This document shows positions 1 through 8,296 of a stretch of DNA of 11,206 bases, one piece after another. The notes beneath the pieces were generated by a model that searched no databases, had not been told where the DNA came from, and saw only the letters and a program-made list of their open reading frames with translations. Each line of letters starts with the position of its first letter. Position 1 is the first letter of the stretch. The stretch is from Oligoflexales bacterium. GTDB lineage: Bacteria > Bdellovibrionota_B > Oligoflexia > Oligoflexales > Bog-1112. The DNA lies in the NCBI GenBank assembly GCA_045105515.1, contig JBGCDR010000157.1, positions 1-11,206 on the forward strand. The letters run 5' to 3'. Made by a program: the position numbers and the translations under genes.

Positions 1-2
1 CG

Positions 3-728
3 CAACCATCTACAAAAGTAGTGCAAGCTCTGCAACAAGGTAATGCAACCATTACGCAACCTAGTGCAACGAATAGAATCGCTAGCTACCTTTGCGCAAA
101 CCCTCGACATTCATTAGCAGCCATTAGCATCATTAGCTTTGTCTTATGCAACACCGCTTTCTTAGCTTTCGAGCAACAAAAGGGGTTTGTAACTTTGGGC
201 TATAGTGTTCCAGTAGCTTGGGGGATCGCTGTACTATTTGAGTTAGCCATTGAAATCTTATTCATTTCTATAGCACTATCAAAACATTCCTTTATGAGAA
301 TAGCTCTATGCTTAGTTTTAGGGAGCACAGTCTATACGCTTGCTAATATGGTCTCGACTTCGGCTGAAGAAAATGTACTCGCTGCAATCAATAAACCAAC
401 TTCTTTAACGACTGCAGAACAAAACCTAAGAGCTCTATCGAGCCAACAGTTTGCAGCATCTGAAGCAATCAGGAGTTATGACCCCAAGAAGCACAAGAAT
501 AAGATCATCTATGCCACTGCGGAATTTAATAAAAAGGGAGGACTAGAGGATAAAATCAAAAAAGCAAGAACTGAGCTTGCAGAAGAACAAGCTAAATTTG
601 AAAGCTCAGTGAGGTACATAAGAACCCTCAAACAATCAGAAACCCATGGGGATGCTAGAAAAATAGCGGTGGCATGGAACATTGTTTTGATGTTCTTCTT
701 AGGACATCTAATTAGAGAAGATCCCTAA
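3..728 (+). CDS. Hypothetical membrane protein (about 3 TM segments, coiled coil, C-terminal TM), probably 5'-partial
   Basis: The frame of ORF 21..728 is open back to position 3. It has a Q/T/A-rich N-terminal part, hydrophobic segments (LAAISIISFVLCNTAFLAF; VPVAWGIAVLFELAIEILFISIAL; IALCLVLGSTVYTLA), a charged helical region (LEDKIKKARTELAEEQAKFE) and a final hydrophobic helix (IAVAWNIVLMFFLGHLI). Confidence 0.8.
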   Translation, partial: QPSTKVVQALQQGNATITQPSATNRIASYLCANPRHSLAAISIISFVLCNTAFLAFEQQKGFVTLGYSVPVAWGIAVLFELAIEILFISIALSKHSFMRIALCLVLGSTVYTLANMVSTSAEENVLAAINKPTSLTTAEQNLRALSSQQFAASEAIRSYDPKKHKNKIIYATAEFNKKGGLEDKIKKARTELAEEQAKFESSVRYIRTLKQSETHGDARKIAVAWNIVLMFFLGHLIREDP

Positions 729-738
729 AGATCAAGTT

Positions 739-1029
739 TCATGGTTTCTCCTGAAACAGCTCTGGATTGTTCTGCTCAAATTCAAAATCTTCTTTATATT
801 CGCAAACCACGTTCAAGAACTCGTGAAACTCTTTACGATTCCAAGTTTCAACAGCCTTCACGAGGTCAAATGTCTCCACTCCACAATATAAATGGTGCGT
901 TAGCTTATGAAGAAAGACTTGGGATTGGGTCATGTCTTTAGAAAAGAGCTTTTTGTACCATGCTGATTCTGCAATAGAGCTGGATTCGGGTTTCAGAAAC
1001 ACTCCTGTGTAAAAAGTTAGCGGATTCAC
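739..1029 (-). CDS. Hypothetical protein (96 aa), start uncertain
   Basis: ORF with plausible composition converging on the previous gene with a 10-nt gap. GTG start without a clear RBS; it may be the 3' part of a frameshifted gene. Confidence 0.5.
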   Translation of the reverse strand: MNPLTFYTGVFLKPESSSIAESAWYKKLFSKDMTQSQVFLHKLTHHLYCGVETFDLVKAVETWNRKEFHEFLNVVCEYKEDFEFEQNNPELFQEKP

Positions 1030-1220
1030 CCTAAAAATGGCAGATCTGAAAAAATTTTACGAAGGACATCTGTTGGAAAGAGGATTTCAAGGAAGGAAAA
1101 TTATCGTTACCCCCTCTTACTGCACTAGTCTGAGTCAGATTATCGTATCTTCAGCAAGATAGTTGGTGGTCATGAATAATTAGAGTCTTCTAACAAAATA
1201 TTGCAACTTAAAGTCACATA

Positions 1221-2027
1221 CTAAGGCTTAACAGTAAAAGTACAAACTAATTTCTCCTTGATTTTTTTCCGTCCTGTTGGATGCGATTCTGTCACAATAA
1301 GTTCGTCCAATGTCGCATCTATTTCTGCCTCTCCATCATATAAATGAAGTAGGAATTTATCCCCTTTTAAAATGAGTTTTTTACCACTCTTCAAAAAGAT
1401 CCTAGATTCAAGTTGCTTTAATGTTCCGCCAGAACCTATAATAGTTACATCCATTCTTTCCTCTGAATTTTTCTTTATCTTGAGTTCCAATTTATTGCCA
1501 TTTGCACCATTTAAAGCTAAAGTCTTACATGAAATCGATCGAAATTGAACGTCCCAAATATCCATTTTACTGATAATTTCTCTGTATTTTTCGTTGTCCT
1601 TATATGGAGACAAAGCTTTTCTAAAATCTTCATAATTTTTAAAAGTAGGTTCTGAGATAAATACAATAATTTTATGTCTTGCTGCTTCACTCGTCTTCAA
1701 TGCAGCATCCAAAAAACAAGCGGGGTTATAAATCATAAGATTTTCTATTACTTCAGAAAACCATTCATGCATCTCGGCATTTCCCCGGATTTGGGGGGCA
1801 ACTTCAAAGAAACGGGCTACTTCAGATATGGACTCACAACTAGTAGCTTTTTTAGCTTGAGTATTAAATATTTCGCCAAAACCACTATAATCATCCCTAT
1901 AGAATGTAGTAAAATTAGCAATAAGATATTTGAAATCTTTCTTACTATTTTCACTAGTATCTGAAAAACTAGTATTGACAATTAAAAGCTGTAATATAGT
2001 AGCTATGCTCTTAAGCAGTATATTCAT
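1221..2027 (-). CDS. Secreted hypothetical protein with a helical N-domain and a beta-rich C-domain
   Basis: Lies within ORF 1221..2072. The in-frame ATG at 2027 gives a signal-peptide-like start (MNILLKSIATILQLLIVNTSFS-D). The C-terminal region is bounded by Cys residues (SISC...LVC). Confidence 0.75.
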   Translation of the reverse strand: MNILLKSIATILQLLIVNTSFSDTSENSKKDFKYLIANFTTFYRDDYSGFGEIFNTQAKKATSCESISEVARFFEVAPQIRGNAEMHEWFSEVIENLMIYNPACFLDAALKTSEAARHKIIVFISEPTFKNYEDFRKALSPYKDNEKYREIISKMDIWDVQFRSISCKTLALNGANGNKLELKIKKNSEERMDVTIIGSGGTLKQLESRIFLKSGKKLILKGDKFLLHLYDGEAEIDATLDELIVTESHPTGRKKIKEKLVCTFTVKP

Positions 2028-2038
2028 AAAAAAATTCT

Positions 2039-2054
2039 GCCGTGATTTTACGGC
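2039..2054 (-). terminator. Short hairpin, possible weak terminator or processing site
   Basis: Minus strand reads GCCGT-AAAATC-ACGGC followed by AGAATTTTTTT, just downstream of the stop at 2078. The stem is only 5-6 bp. Confidence 0.25.
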
Positions 2055-2077
2055 CATTATTTCGTCGAACATATGGA

Positions 2078-2566
2078 CTATTCTTTAATTTTAAATTTTT
2101 TTCCATCATTAGAGTAAATGAAACCCAAATATGCTTTTTTCATTGAAATCTCTGATTTTTGAGATTTTCCATCTATTAGCTTATTAGTTATTCGTTTATT
2201 CAGATCAAGCTCATATAAGGAACCATCACTATATATTTCAGAAGTGACCACATATAGAAAATTTCCGGATTTTGACCAAAAAATCTGGATGACGTCAGAC
2301 ATAGCTAAATCATCTTGCCAGAATCGGTTATATGTAGACCACTGATCTTTAGATGCCGCTGGTCCAACTCCAGGCTTCTGCAGAATCACTCCGATTTGTG
2401 TGCCTAACGCATCATCGCAAAAAATGAAGATTGCAAAGGCACCCTTTGGAGGATTGTTTAGGCCATGTTTGCATTTCTTCGCTGACAAATCAATGATGAG
2501 GTTTGCATATAAAAATGATGAGGTGCTTAATAAGAGTATAGCTAGTATTGACCTCAATAAGCTCAA
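2078..2566 (-). CDS. Secreted hypothetical protein (162 aa)
   Basis: TTG start, signal peptide (SLLRSILAILLLSTSSFLYA-N), a Cys pair and a beta-blade-like segment (DVIQIFWSKSGNFLYVVTS). Confidence 0.8.
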   Translation of the reverse strand: MSLLRSILAILLLSTSSFLYANLIIDLSAKKCKHGLNNPPKGAFAIFIFCDDALGTQIGVILQKPGVGPAASKDQWSTYNRFWQDDLAMSDVIQIFWSKSGNFLYVVTSEIYSDGSLYELDLNKRITNKLIDGKSQKSEISMKKAYLGFIYSNDGKKFKIKE

Positions 2567-2684
2567 CTTTAAAAGCCCTTCGTTTTTTTATTAAGAAAAA
2601 TAAATTAAAAGTAATTCTGCTCTTTCAGATCTATGAGCACTTTCCTTAATATTCTACCACTTTGTTAAAAGAATGCTCTTTCAT

Positions 2685-2711
2685 ACATCGGCGTGATTTT
2701 ATCTAAGTTGT
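2685..2711 (-). promoter_or_regulatory. Possible sigma-28 (FliA)-type promoter for the 2566/2027 genes
   Basis: Minus strand reads ACAAC-N14-GCCGATGT, resembling the TCAAG/TAAAG-N14-GCCGATAA consensus, about 120 nt upstream of the 2566 start. Confidence 0.3.
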
Positions 2712-2915
2712 AACTGCCTGTATATATTTATCAATTAGGTCAACCAACAAAAGGTAAAATCATAAGAAAAAGTTGTGAGAATGGAAAGAAGACTCTAAAA
2801 GTTGGGATTTAGGAATTGTGATGTTGGGTAAATAAACATGGGCTCCCTTACTGAGTCTTAAAATTTACATCTAAAATAGGATTGGCTTTGCCATTTAAAC
2901 AGTAGAGTATCTACT

Positions 2916-3185
2916 TTAATCAAAATCAGAGCAGTAGGGATTGTCTTTTAGAACTTTTCTACACTTTTTTCTAGCGCGACTGCTACCTCCCCAAAATGAA
3001 AGTGGAAATTCGTCAATTACTTCGACATAGTTACTTTGTTGATAAACGAGTACAACGTGTTCATAAGTTCTTAAAATACCAGATGATAAACGTTCGGTAT
3101 GCCCAGATATACATTTACAAATTGGAGTGGCAGAAGCGCTAGAAGTTATTACAGAGGACAGAATTATTGCTATTACTACCTTCAT
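2916..3185 (-). CDS. Small secreted cysteine-containing protein (89 aa)
   Basis: GGAG RBS 5 nt before the ATG, signal peptide ending in ASA, and four Cys (CKC...C...C). Confidence 0.8.
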   Translation of the reverse strand: MKVVIAIILSSVITSSASATPICKCISGHTERLSSGILRTYEHVVLVYQQSNYVEVIDEFPLSFWGGSSRARKKCRKVLKDNPYCSDFD

Positions 3186-3347
3186 GTTTGCTCCATTGCA
3201 GATATTTTCTAAAAAAGAATCAAAATCTTATCAAAGGTATGATATTAAATTATCGATTCGTAATTATCAACTAAATCTACAATGTTAAGATTGATCTTAA
3301 AATGATTATTAATAAAAAAAAAGCTATAATTAGGCTAAGCAATAACT

Positions 3348-4355
3348 ATGGAAAATTTGAAAGGATCGCAGTGTATTTATCCTTAATTTTTTTTTGTGTT
3401 TTAGTTTCTTGCAGTCCTAGTGAAGAACAGCCGAAAAAGATTCAATCATCTAATAATTAACAAACAAAGAACATCAAAAATCAATCTAAATTTTCACTTA
3501 CTGGCCTAAGTCTGAAAGCTTGTGATAATCTAAATGGCACAGTTGTGGAGGATACATGTTTACTTGAAAGTCAACTATTCATACAAGACATAATGGATTT
3601 GACTCCACCGAGAATGTATATCCTTAGGGGGCTTACTGGTCTTGATAGTTTAGCTGATGGATCTTTTTGTCAAATTTTAGGTCCGGACTGGTTCAAAGCT
3701 GAAAGGAATGCTGCTAATCGAGATCAATGTAAGAAGAATATCAAACTAGAAAGCAGTTCTTTTCTGTGCCAACGGACAGATAGTTCTAATTGCCACCTAG
3801 ATTTGAAATACCTATCTTCAGGTGTTGAAGAGGAAGGATTTTCTTATTACCGGACTCCCAGTTTGGGGATAGAATTAGAAAAAGATGAATGTTTAAAATT
3901 AGGTAGTGGATTTTCGTATTCAGGTCGACTATGCTCGATATGGCTTAAACAAATAGCTACAGACCAAAAACTATTTCAGAAACTTTCGTTGGAAACTTGT
4001 ATAAAATTCAATCAAATATTAATTAATGGTTCTTGCGAATGGGACGCAAAAAAAATTTATTGATATAAGAGAAAAGGATATTTATATTAATGAAATTAGT
4101 GATTTTCGAATTCAATTAGAAAATAAATTGAAGCAACAATTGGAAGATCTTAGTTGTGCTTCTGATATCTTAAAAGAAGCAAAATCTAATCCATTTTTGA
4201 CGATATTAATTAACCATCCATCGTTTAGTCCACCAGTAAAGTTTGGTATTTATCCGATTAATCGTACCATCAATGATTGTATCCGAGAGGCTGATTGGGA
4301 ATTCAGCAGCAATAAAGAATTTTTTGTAAACGTTGGATATATTCTTTCTTTATAA
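3348..4355 (+). pseudogene. Disrupted Cys-rich lipoprotein gene (joins ORFs 3545..4063 and 4026..4355)
   Basis: A lipoprotein signal RIAVYLSLIFFCVLVS-C (Cys codon 3410-3412) is in frame with ORF 3545. It is separated from the ATG at 3348 by a frameshift near 3360 and from ORF 3545 by an in-frame TAA at 3458-3460. One extra A in the A8 run at 4048-4055 explains the shift into ORF 4026 (WDAKK-FIDIREK). Confidence 0.7.
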
Positions 4356-4378
4356 TAAAGTCTCGATAATCAAGTTCT

Positions 4379-4394
4379 GCCTGCCTATTTCTTG
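4379..4394. repeat. 16-bp direct repeat, copy 1 (GCCTGCCTATTTCTTG)
   Basis: Exact match to 9631-9646. Confidence 0.6.
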
Positions 4395-4438
4395 AGATTC
4401 AAATTACGTACTAATTTCTGTTGAGATATCCTTCGATA

Positions 4439-6220
4439 TTAAAGCGCATTATTAGCTGGAATAGAGTCATATATTAGAATCTTCACCCTATTATAATAAT
4501 CAAATAGTTCCGCCAATTGATGCAGTTCAAGCTCGTATTTTGATAAGGATTTTAATATGCATTTTGCAAAATCATCGTTAAGTTCATCATATTCTATAAT
4601 ATTTTCATCCCCTTGTTCTTCTACCAAACGCAATCCCCTTCTGGTCCAGTTAAATCCTCTTTTTTTCTTTTGAAAATCTTTTAGCTCATGGATTTCTTTG
4701 GAACGGTTGTGGGCTAAAGTATCACCTAGAGATTTGATAGTCGTGTTTCTTGCATTGTAGGTATTAAAAACGTTTTTAAATCTTTTTCTGACAGTTTTTG
4801 GCTGAATTGTGACGTACTTCGGTGATTTAAAAGCCTTGTTTCCCGTTATGTGAAACAGTAATTTATTAACAGAGCAGGAACAATTATTTCCCCATATACC
4901 GAAACCATTTCGATACTGCCCTCCCAGTCGATCATCGAATACAAATGAATCATCTAAAAGTTTATTAGCTCTTTCCCAGTCCTGACTATCAAACGCCTCA
5001 TTGTAAGCACTGACAGTTTTAAAATAATTTTCAATATCCTCAATATTACGAACCTCAGCCTTAATGTCCGAGTCTGATATCTCGGCTTGAAATTTATAAA
5101 ATTCAAAATCCTTGCCCCATTTTTCTTTGAAAAGGTTTCTACGTCTCTCTAGTAGATTCTCCGCCACTGTTGAATCGAGACGTTTTAATTCTTCAAGTTC
5201 TTCTGCACCAAGATCGTAAAAGCTACGATCATAAATGGAATTTTTAAACCATTCTTTACCCTTTTCAAATTGATCTTGATCAATATCAGTTACCCTTATT
5301 TTTGCTTTTCCGTCTTTACCTTTATCAGTATGGTATTTTGCTTCTTCCTCTGGACTATCATAACCATAGGGATAAGTAAGGTAAACAGAATCTATGACTA
5401 AACCGTTACTATCAATTTTCTCCAGAAATACTGTAGAGTGGCCAAAACGGTCACTCCAGTGCCCTGTATCACCAAACCAAGTTATGACTGAAGCCCTGTA
5501 TTTTGCATCTAAGGTAGTTTCTACTAAGTTTAGAGCTTGAGCATTTGAACTTGGGCTTGGGGATTTAATTTTTCCTTCAAAATATTTAAGATAGTCCAAA
5601 ACGTTTAGCTGGCTAGCACCCATTAGAAAATCAAGATAGTCATTTAATTCTGGTGAGACAGTTGAAGAATCAATTTTTGTATCTTTAACACACGATCCAA
5701 CTTCTTCCTTATGTTGATTTAAATTGAACAGAATATTCGCAAAAGTTTGTTGCTTCCTTTTTTCATTATCATTTATTGCTTTATCTATCTCGAGGGTCTC
5801 GGGGTTGACATATTCCAGTTGTACTAATTGATAATTATTTAGGATAGTTTCACATCTTGGTGATTGATTTTCAATGTAGCATTTTTTCAGAGAAGCTAGA
5901 TGTATTCCGGGATCTAATCCCCTTATTATAAATTGTTTATCTCGTGCATATTTTTCGTCACAAGAATCATGGTTTTCCCATGAACAGATTTTAAAATAAA
6001 GGTACTCATGATCACGTATTTCTGCCGTTAAATTCAACTGATTAAAAATTTCATTATCGACAGTTTTTTTTAAAAAAATTGATTTATTCTCAGAGCTTAA
6101 TGTTTTTACTAGATCCGGTTCTTTTTTTTGATCTTTGTGTTTACACGAGAACAAAAAGCTTATAGAAAGCATAATTAAAAGAAAATAATTGAGAGCGTTC
6201 ATGTAGATAAACTTGAACAT
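4439..6220 (-). CDS. Lipoprotein with a putative permuted papain-like (His...Cys) thiol hydrolase domain
   Basis: Lies within ORF 4439..6271; the likely start is the ATG at 6220 or 6202. Lipobox LFS-C. Motifs FGHSTVFL (His codon 5438-5440) and FGIWGNNCS (Cys codon 4880-4882). The CDS is secure; the function is inferred from motifs only. Confidence 0.75.
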   Translation of the reverse strand: MFKFIYMNALNYFLLIMLSISFLFSCKHKDQKKEPDLVKTLSSENKSIFLKKTVDNEIFNQLNLTAEIRDHEYLYFKICSWENHDSCDEKYARDKQFIIRGLDPGIHLASLKKCYIENQSPRCETILNNYQLVQLEYVNPETLEIDKAINDNEKRKQQTFANILFNLNQHKEEVGSCVKDTKIDSSTVSPELNDYLDFLMGASQLNVLDYLKYFEGKIKSPSPSSNAQALNLVETTLDAKYRASVITWFGDTGHWSDRFGHSTVFLEKIDSNGLVIDSVYLTYPYGYDSPEEEAKYHTDKGKDGKAKIRVTDIDQDQFEKGKEWFKNSIYDRSFYDLGAEELEELKRLDSTVAENLLERRRNLFKEKWGKDFEFYKFQAEISDSDIKAEVRNIEDIENYFKTVSAYNEAFDSQDWERANKLLDDSFVFDDRLGGQYRNGFGIWGNNCSCSVNKLLFHITGNKAFKSPKYVTIQPKTVRKRFKNVFNTYNARNTTIKSLGDTLAHNRSKEIHELKDFQKKKRGFNWTRRGLRLVEEQGDENIIEYDELNDDFAKCILKSLSKYELELHQLAELFDYYNRVKILIYDSIPANNAL

Positions 6221-6620
6221 ATTCTTTTCTCTATTTTGAAACCCAAGAAAATAAAAAATGTTAATGGTCAAAAAAAACCACCAACTTTTAAATAGCCCTA
6301 TGTTTAACTTCGTTTAGGTCAGTTAAATATTAAGAGTCTATTTTTACATGGCTGTTTTAGTTGATAGTTTTGAATTAGACAAAATAGATTTGCATTTATA
6401 CCAAACTCTCTGAAGGTGTGTCATTTTTGGTAAAATAGCCTGAATCCCAAGAAATATGAGAGTGTTAGGCGTCACTTGCTATTTCAAATAACATTGAGAA
6501 ATGCATCAGTCAGTTCTTCATCCTCTATCCCAAGGTAGCTAAGTGTCTGAAACTGCGAGGAATGATTGAACGCCATTATTAAGATTGGAATACTCGTCCC
6601 AGCCAATCGTTGGTGATACC

Positions 6621-7797
6621 GTATGGTAGAGAGGATGGTCATCCATCCTCGTCCCCTCTTAGAACCCATTGTGCTCCTTTAAAGCAATAGGCTCAAGATT
6701 AATTCCTTCACCTATGCATTAAAACAATGAGTGTATAACGATTTTCTTAGGCATAGGGTTATGTTTTTCGAACCTGTTGAACTTTTCCTAGTTATATGAT
6801 TTTCTCTGACTTCTTCTGTTGAACCAATAAAACATGATTCTCCTTGCTTGCCACATGAAATTGTAAATCTTTTTACGGTTAAAAGAAACTCCGTAGTAGG
6901 CCATATGTCCTCGTTTTTTGCTAAGAAATATCCTCCATACGGAAGCGAATTTGCTTTTATAGCATATTGATTTAGCCCCCGATTTTATGTCTTTTAACTT
7001 TGAACGTCTCTTCCCACTGGTTTTAAGCTTATTCCCAAAGGACGGAACTTATTCTTTTGTCCTGCCTTAGGAATAAGTACCTCCCTCACCGGCCTAGGCC
7101 GATAACTCATAGTTCTCATCCGAACTAGCAAGTCATTTGTGTGTTCAATCAAGTCTTGCCCGTATTTCTCCTTTGTGACACCATCCAACAGCTTTCTTTC
7201 CATCAAGGCTATGGAATGCTGGCACTAGTGTTTCTTCGTTATATAGATGCATTATGTTTTCAAACTTCATGCATCTATCACTCTTTGCACGCCAAGCTAT
7301 TCTTTCAAGTTTGTTGTCGTCGTTTTAAAATACTCTGTTGGCATTTCGACGTTTCCCTTAAAAGATCAAATTAACCCAAGGGCCTTCCCCATGTGCAAGG
7401 CTTTCTCTTGCTCCGAGTAATATGCCCAATCCGACTTCTTGGCAGCCATCCCAAATCACTCGTCAATTAGACTTGCTCATCGGTACTCAATCATTGAGAA
7501 CTACCAAGATCTCCCACGTTCACTAGCGAACCTTAACTGCATGTCATGCTCTTGGACCCCGGAACCGTTGCTAACTTAACCCAATTTCTAGCGAATAGTA
7601 TTGCCTTCTGGATGCATTCGAGACCATCGGCCAGTTCTCAGAGTGAAAATAACGGGACTCTATCACACAACCTACAGGTTTCCTGTCTACGCTTAACTCA
7701 TTTCGTCACCTCCATGAGCCCAAGACTCGGTTCAGGGCGCCTGGCTTACTCTGGCTACCCTCTCAGCAGAGGGTTACACTAACGCTTCGTGGCGCAC
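6621..7797 (-). mobile_element. Group II intron (IIB-like RNA, class E-like), internally deleted
   Basis: 5' end GTGCGCC at 7797. Domain V-like GAGCCTATTGCTTTAAAGGAGCACAATGGGTTC at 6694-6662 with the AGC triad and AC bulge. Domain VI hairpin GAGGATGG-ATGA-CCATCCTC, branch A at -7 (6627) and 3' end CATAC. Typical internal motifs GAACGTGGGAGATC, AAGTCGGAT and GAAAGCCTTGCACATGGGGAAGG. Excision restores the host reading frame. Confidence 0.93.
6719..7344 (-). pseudogene. ltrA: Group II intron reverse transcriptase/maturase, degraded
   Basis: Fragments across frameshifts: KLERIAWRAKSDRCMKFENIMHL...LDGKKAVG / DGVTKEKY...YRPRPVREVLIPK...RPLGIS / KLKTSGKR...RGHMAYYGVSFN...WFNRRSQRKSYN*EKF. No YADD region, a premature TAG at 6788-6790, and no endonuclease domain. 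Confidence 0.9.
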
Positions 7798-8296
7798 CAA
7801 ACGACTTCCTGAATGAGTGACTGCCCAAGTTCTCCCACATGGAGCTCTTCCCCGTTACCAATACTTAAAACAGACATATCGCTTACGTTAACTGGAACAC
7901 CTAGGTATTTATCTCTACAGATGGCGAAATTAGCTAGGGCAGAAGTGTTTTTCTTTCAATGCCGTTACATCCATTTTCAAATGAAACATTCTTAATATCC
8001 TTACATGAGCGAATTTAAGGAAACCACAATTAATATTAGTATTATTTGATGAAAAATCTTGTAAATGGAACTTTAGTAAGTGATCTGAATTTGCTGCACA
8101 GCTTACTTTTTAATTTTAACTAGGGCACCTGAAACCAGACGCAATGACCTACGAGCTTCCAAGGATAATAATAGGTTAACAACTTAAAATCAGTATTTTC
8201 GAGCAGCTATAAAGATTTCTGCTTATTTACTATGCAAGTGAATGTAAATTTGATAGGAAACTATCCTAGAAAATTTCAAAAAAATGAAAGCATTTC

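Larger units (their letters stand above)
6484..7840 (-). pseudogene. Tyrosine recombinase/integrase C-terminal remnant interrupted by a group II intron (exons 7840-7798 and 6620-6484)
   Basis: The joined exons read ENLGSHSFRKSFGYHQRLAGTSIPILIMAFNHSSQFQTLSYLGIEDEELTDAFLNVI*, with the HxxR, second His and catalytic Tyr motifs. An in-frame TAA lies just upstream and no intact N-terminal Arg box can be reconstructed. Confidence 0.85.

Noticed and set aside
741..2594. Plus-strand ORFs 741..941, 1674..1964 and 2400..2594
   Set aside because: They overlap longer, more plausible minus-strand genes in antisense.
1200..3340. Integron cassette array
   Set aside because: I found no convincing attC sites (paired RYYYAAC...GTTRRRY with inner repeats) between the genes, and the recombinase remnant shows no IntI-specific features.
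6290..6480. Recombinase binding or dif-like site downstream of the integrase
   Set aside because: Only weak partial dyads (around CTTCGTTTAGGTCAGTT), not enough to call a site.
6484..6669. ORF 6484..6669 as a standalone 61-aa gene
   Set aside because: Its N-terminal 16 codons are intron domain V/VI sequence; only 6620-6484 is the integrase 3' exon.
6719..7344. RT as part of a retron, DGR, Abi or CRISPR-associated system
   Set aside because: It lies within canonical group II intron boundaries, has a maturase domain and lacks the catalytic core. No template/variable repeat pair, msr-msd or cas genes were seen.
7841..7980. N-terminal half of the integrase (RDKYLGVPVNVSDMSVLSIG)
   Set aside because: It only faintly resembles the first catalytic box, lacks the catalytic Arg, is out of frame and is too short to assign.
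7141..7995. Plus-strand ORFs 7141..7374, 7546..7782 and 7813..7995
   Set aside because: They are antisense shadows of the intron ORF, intron RNA and integrase remnant.
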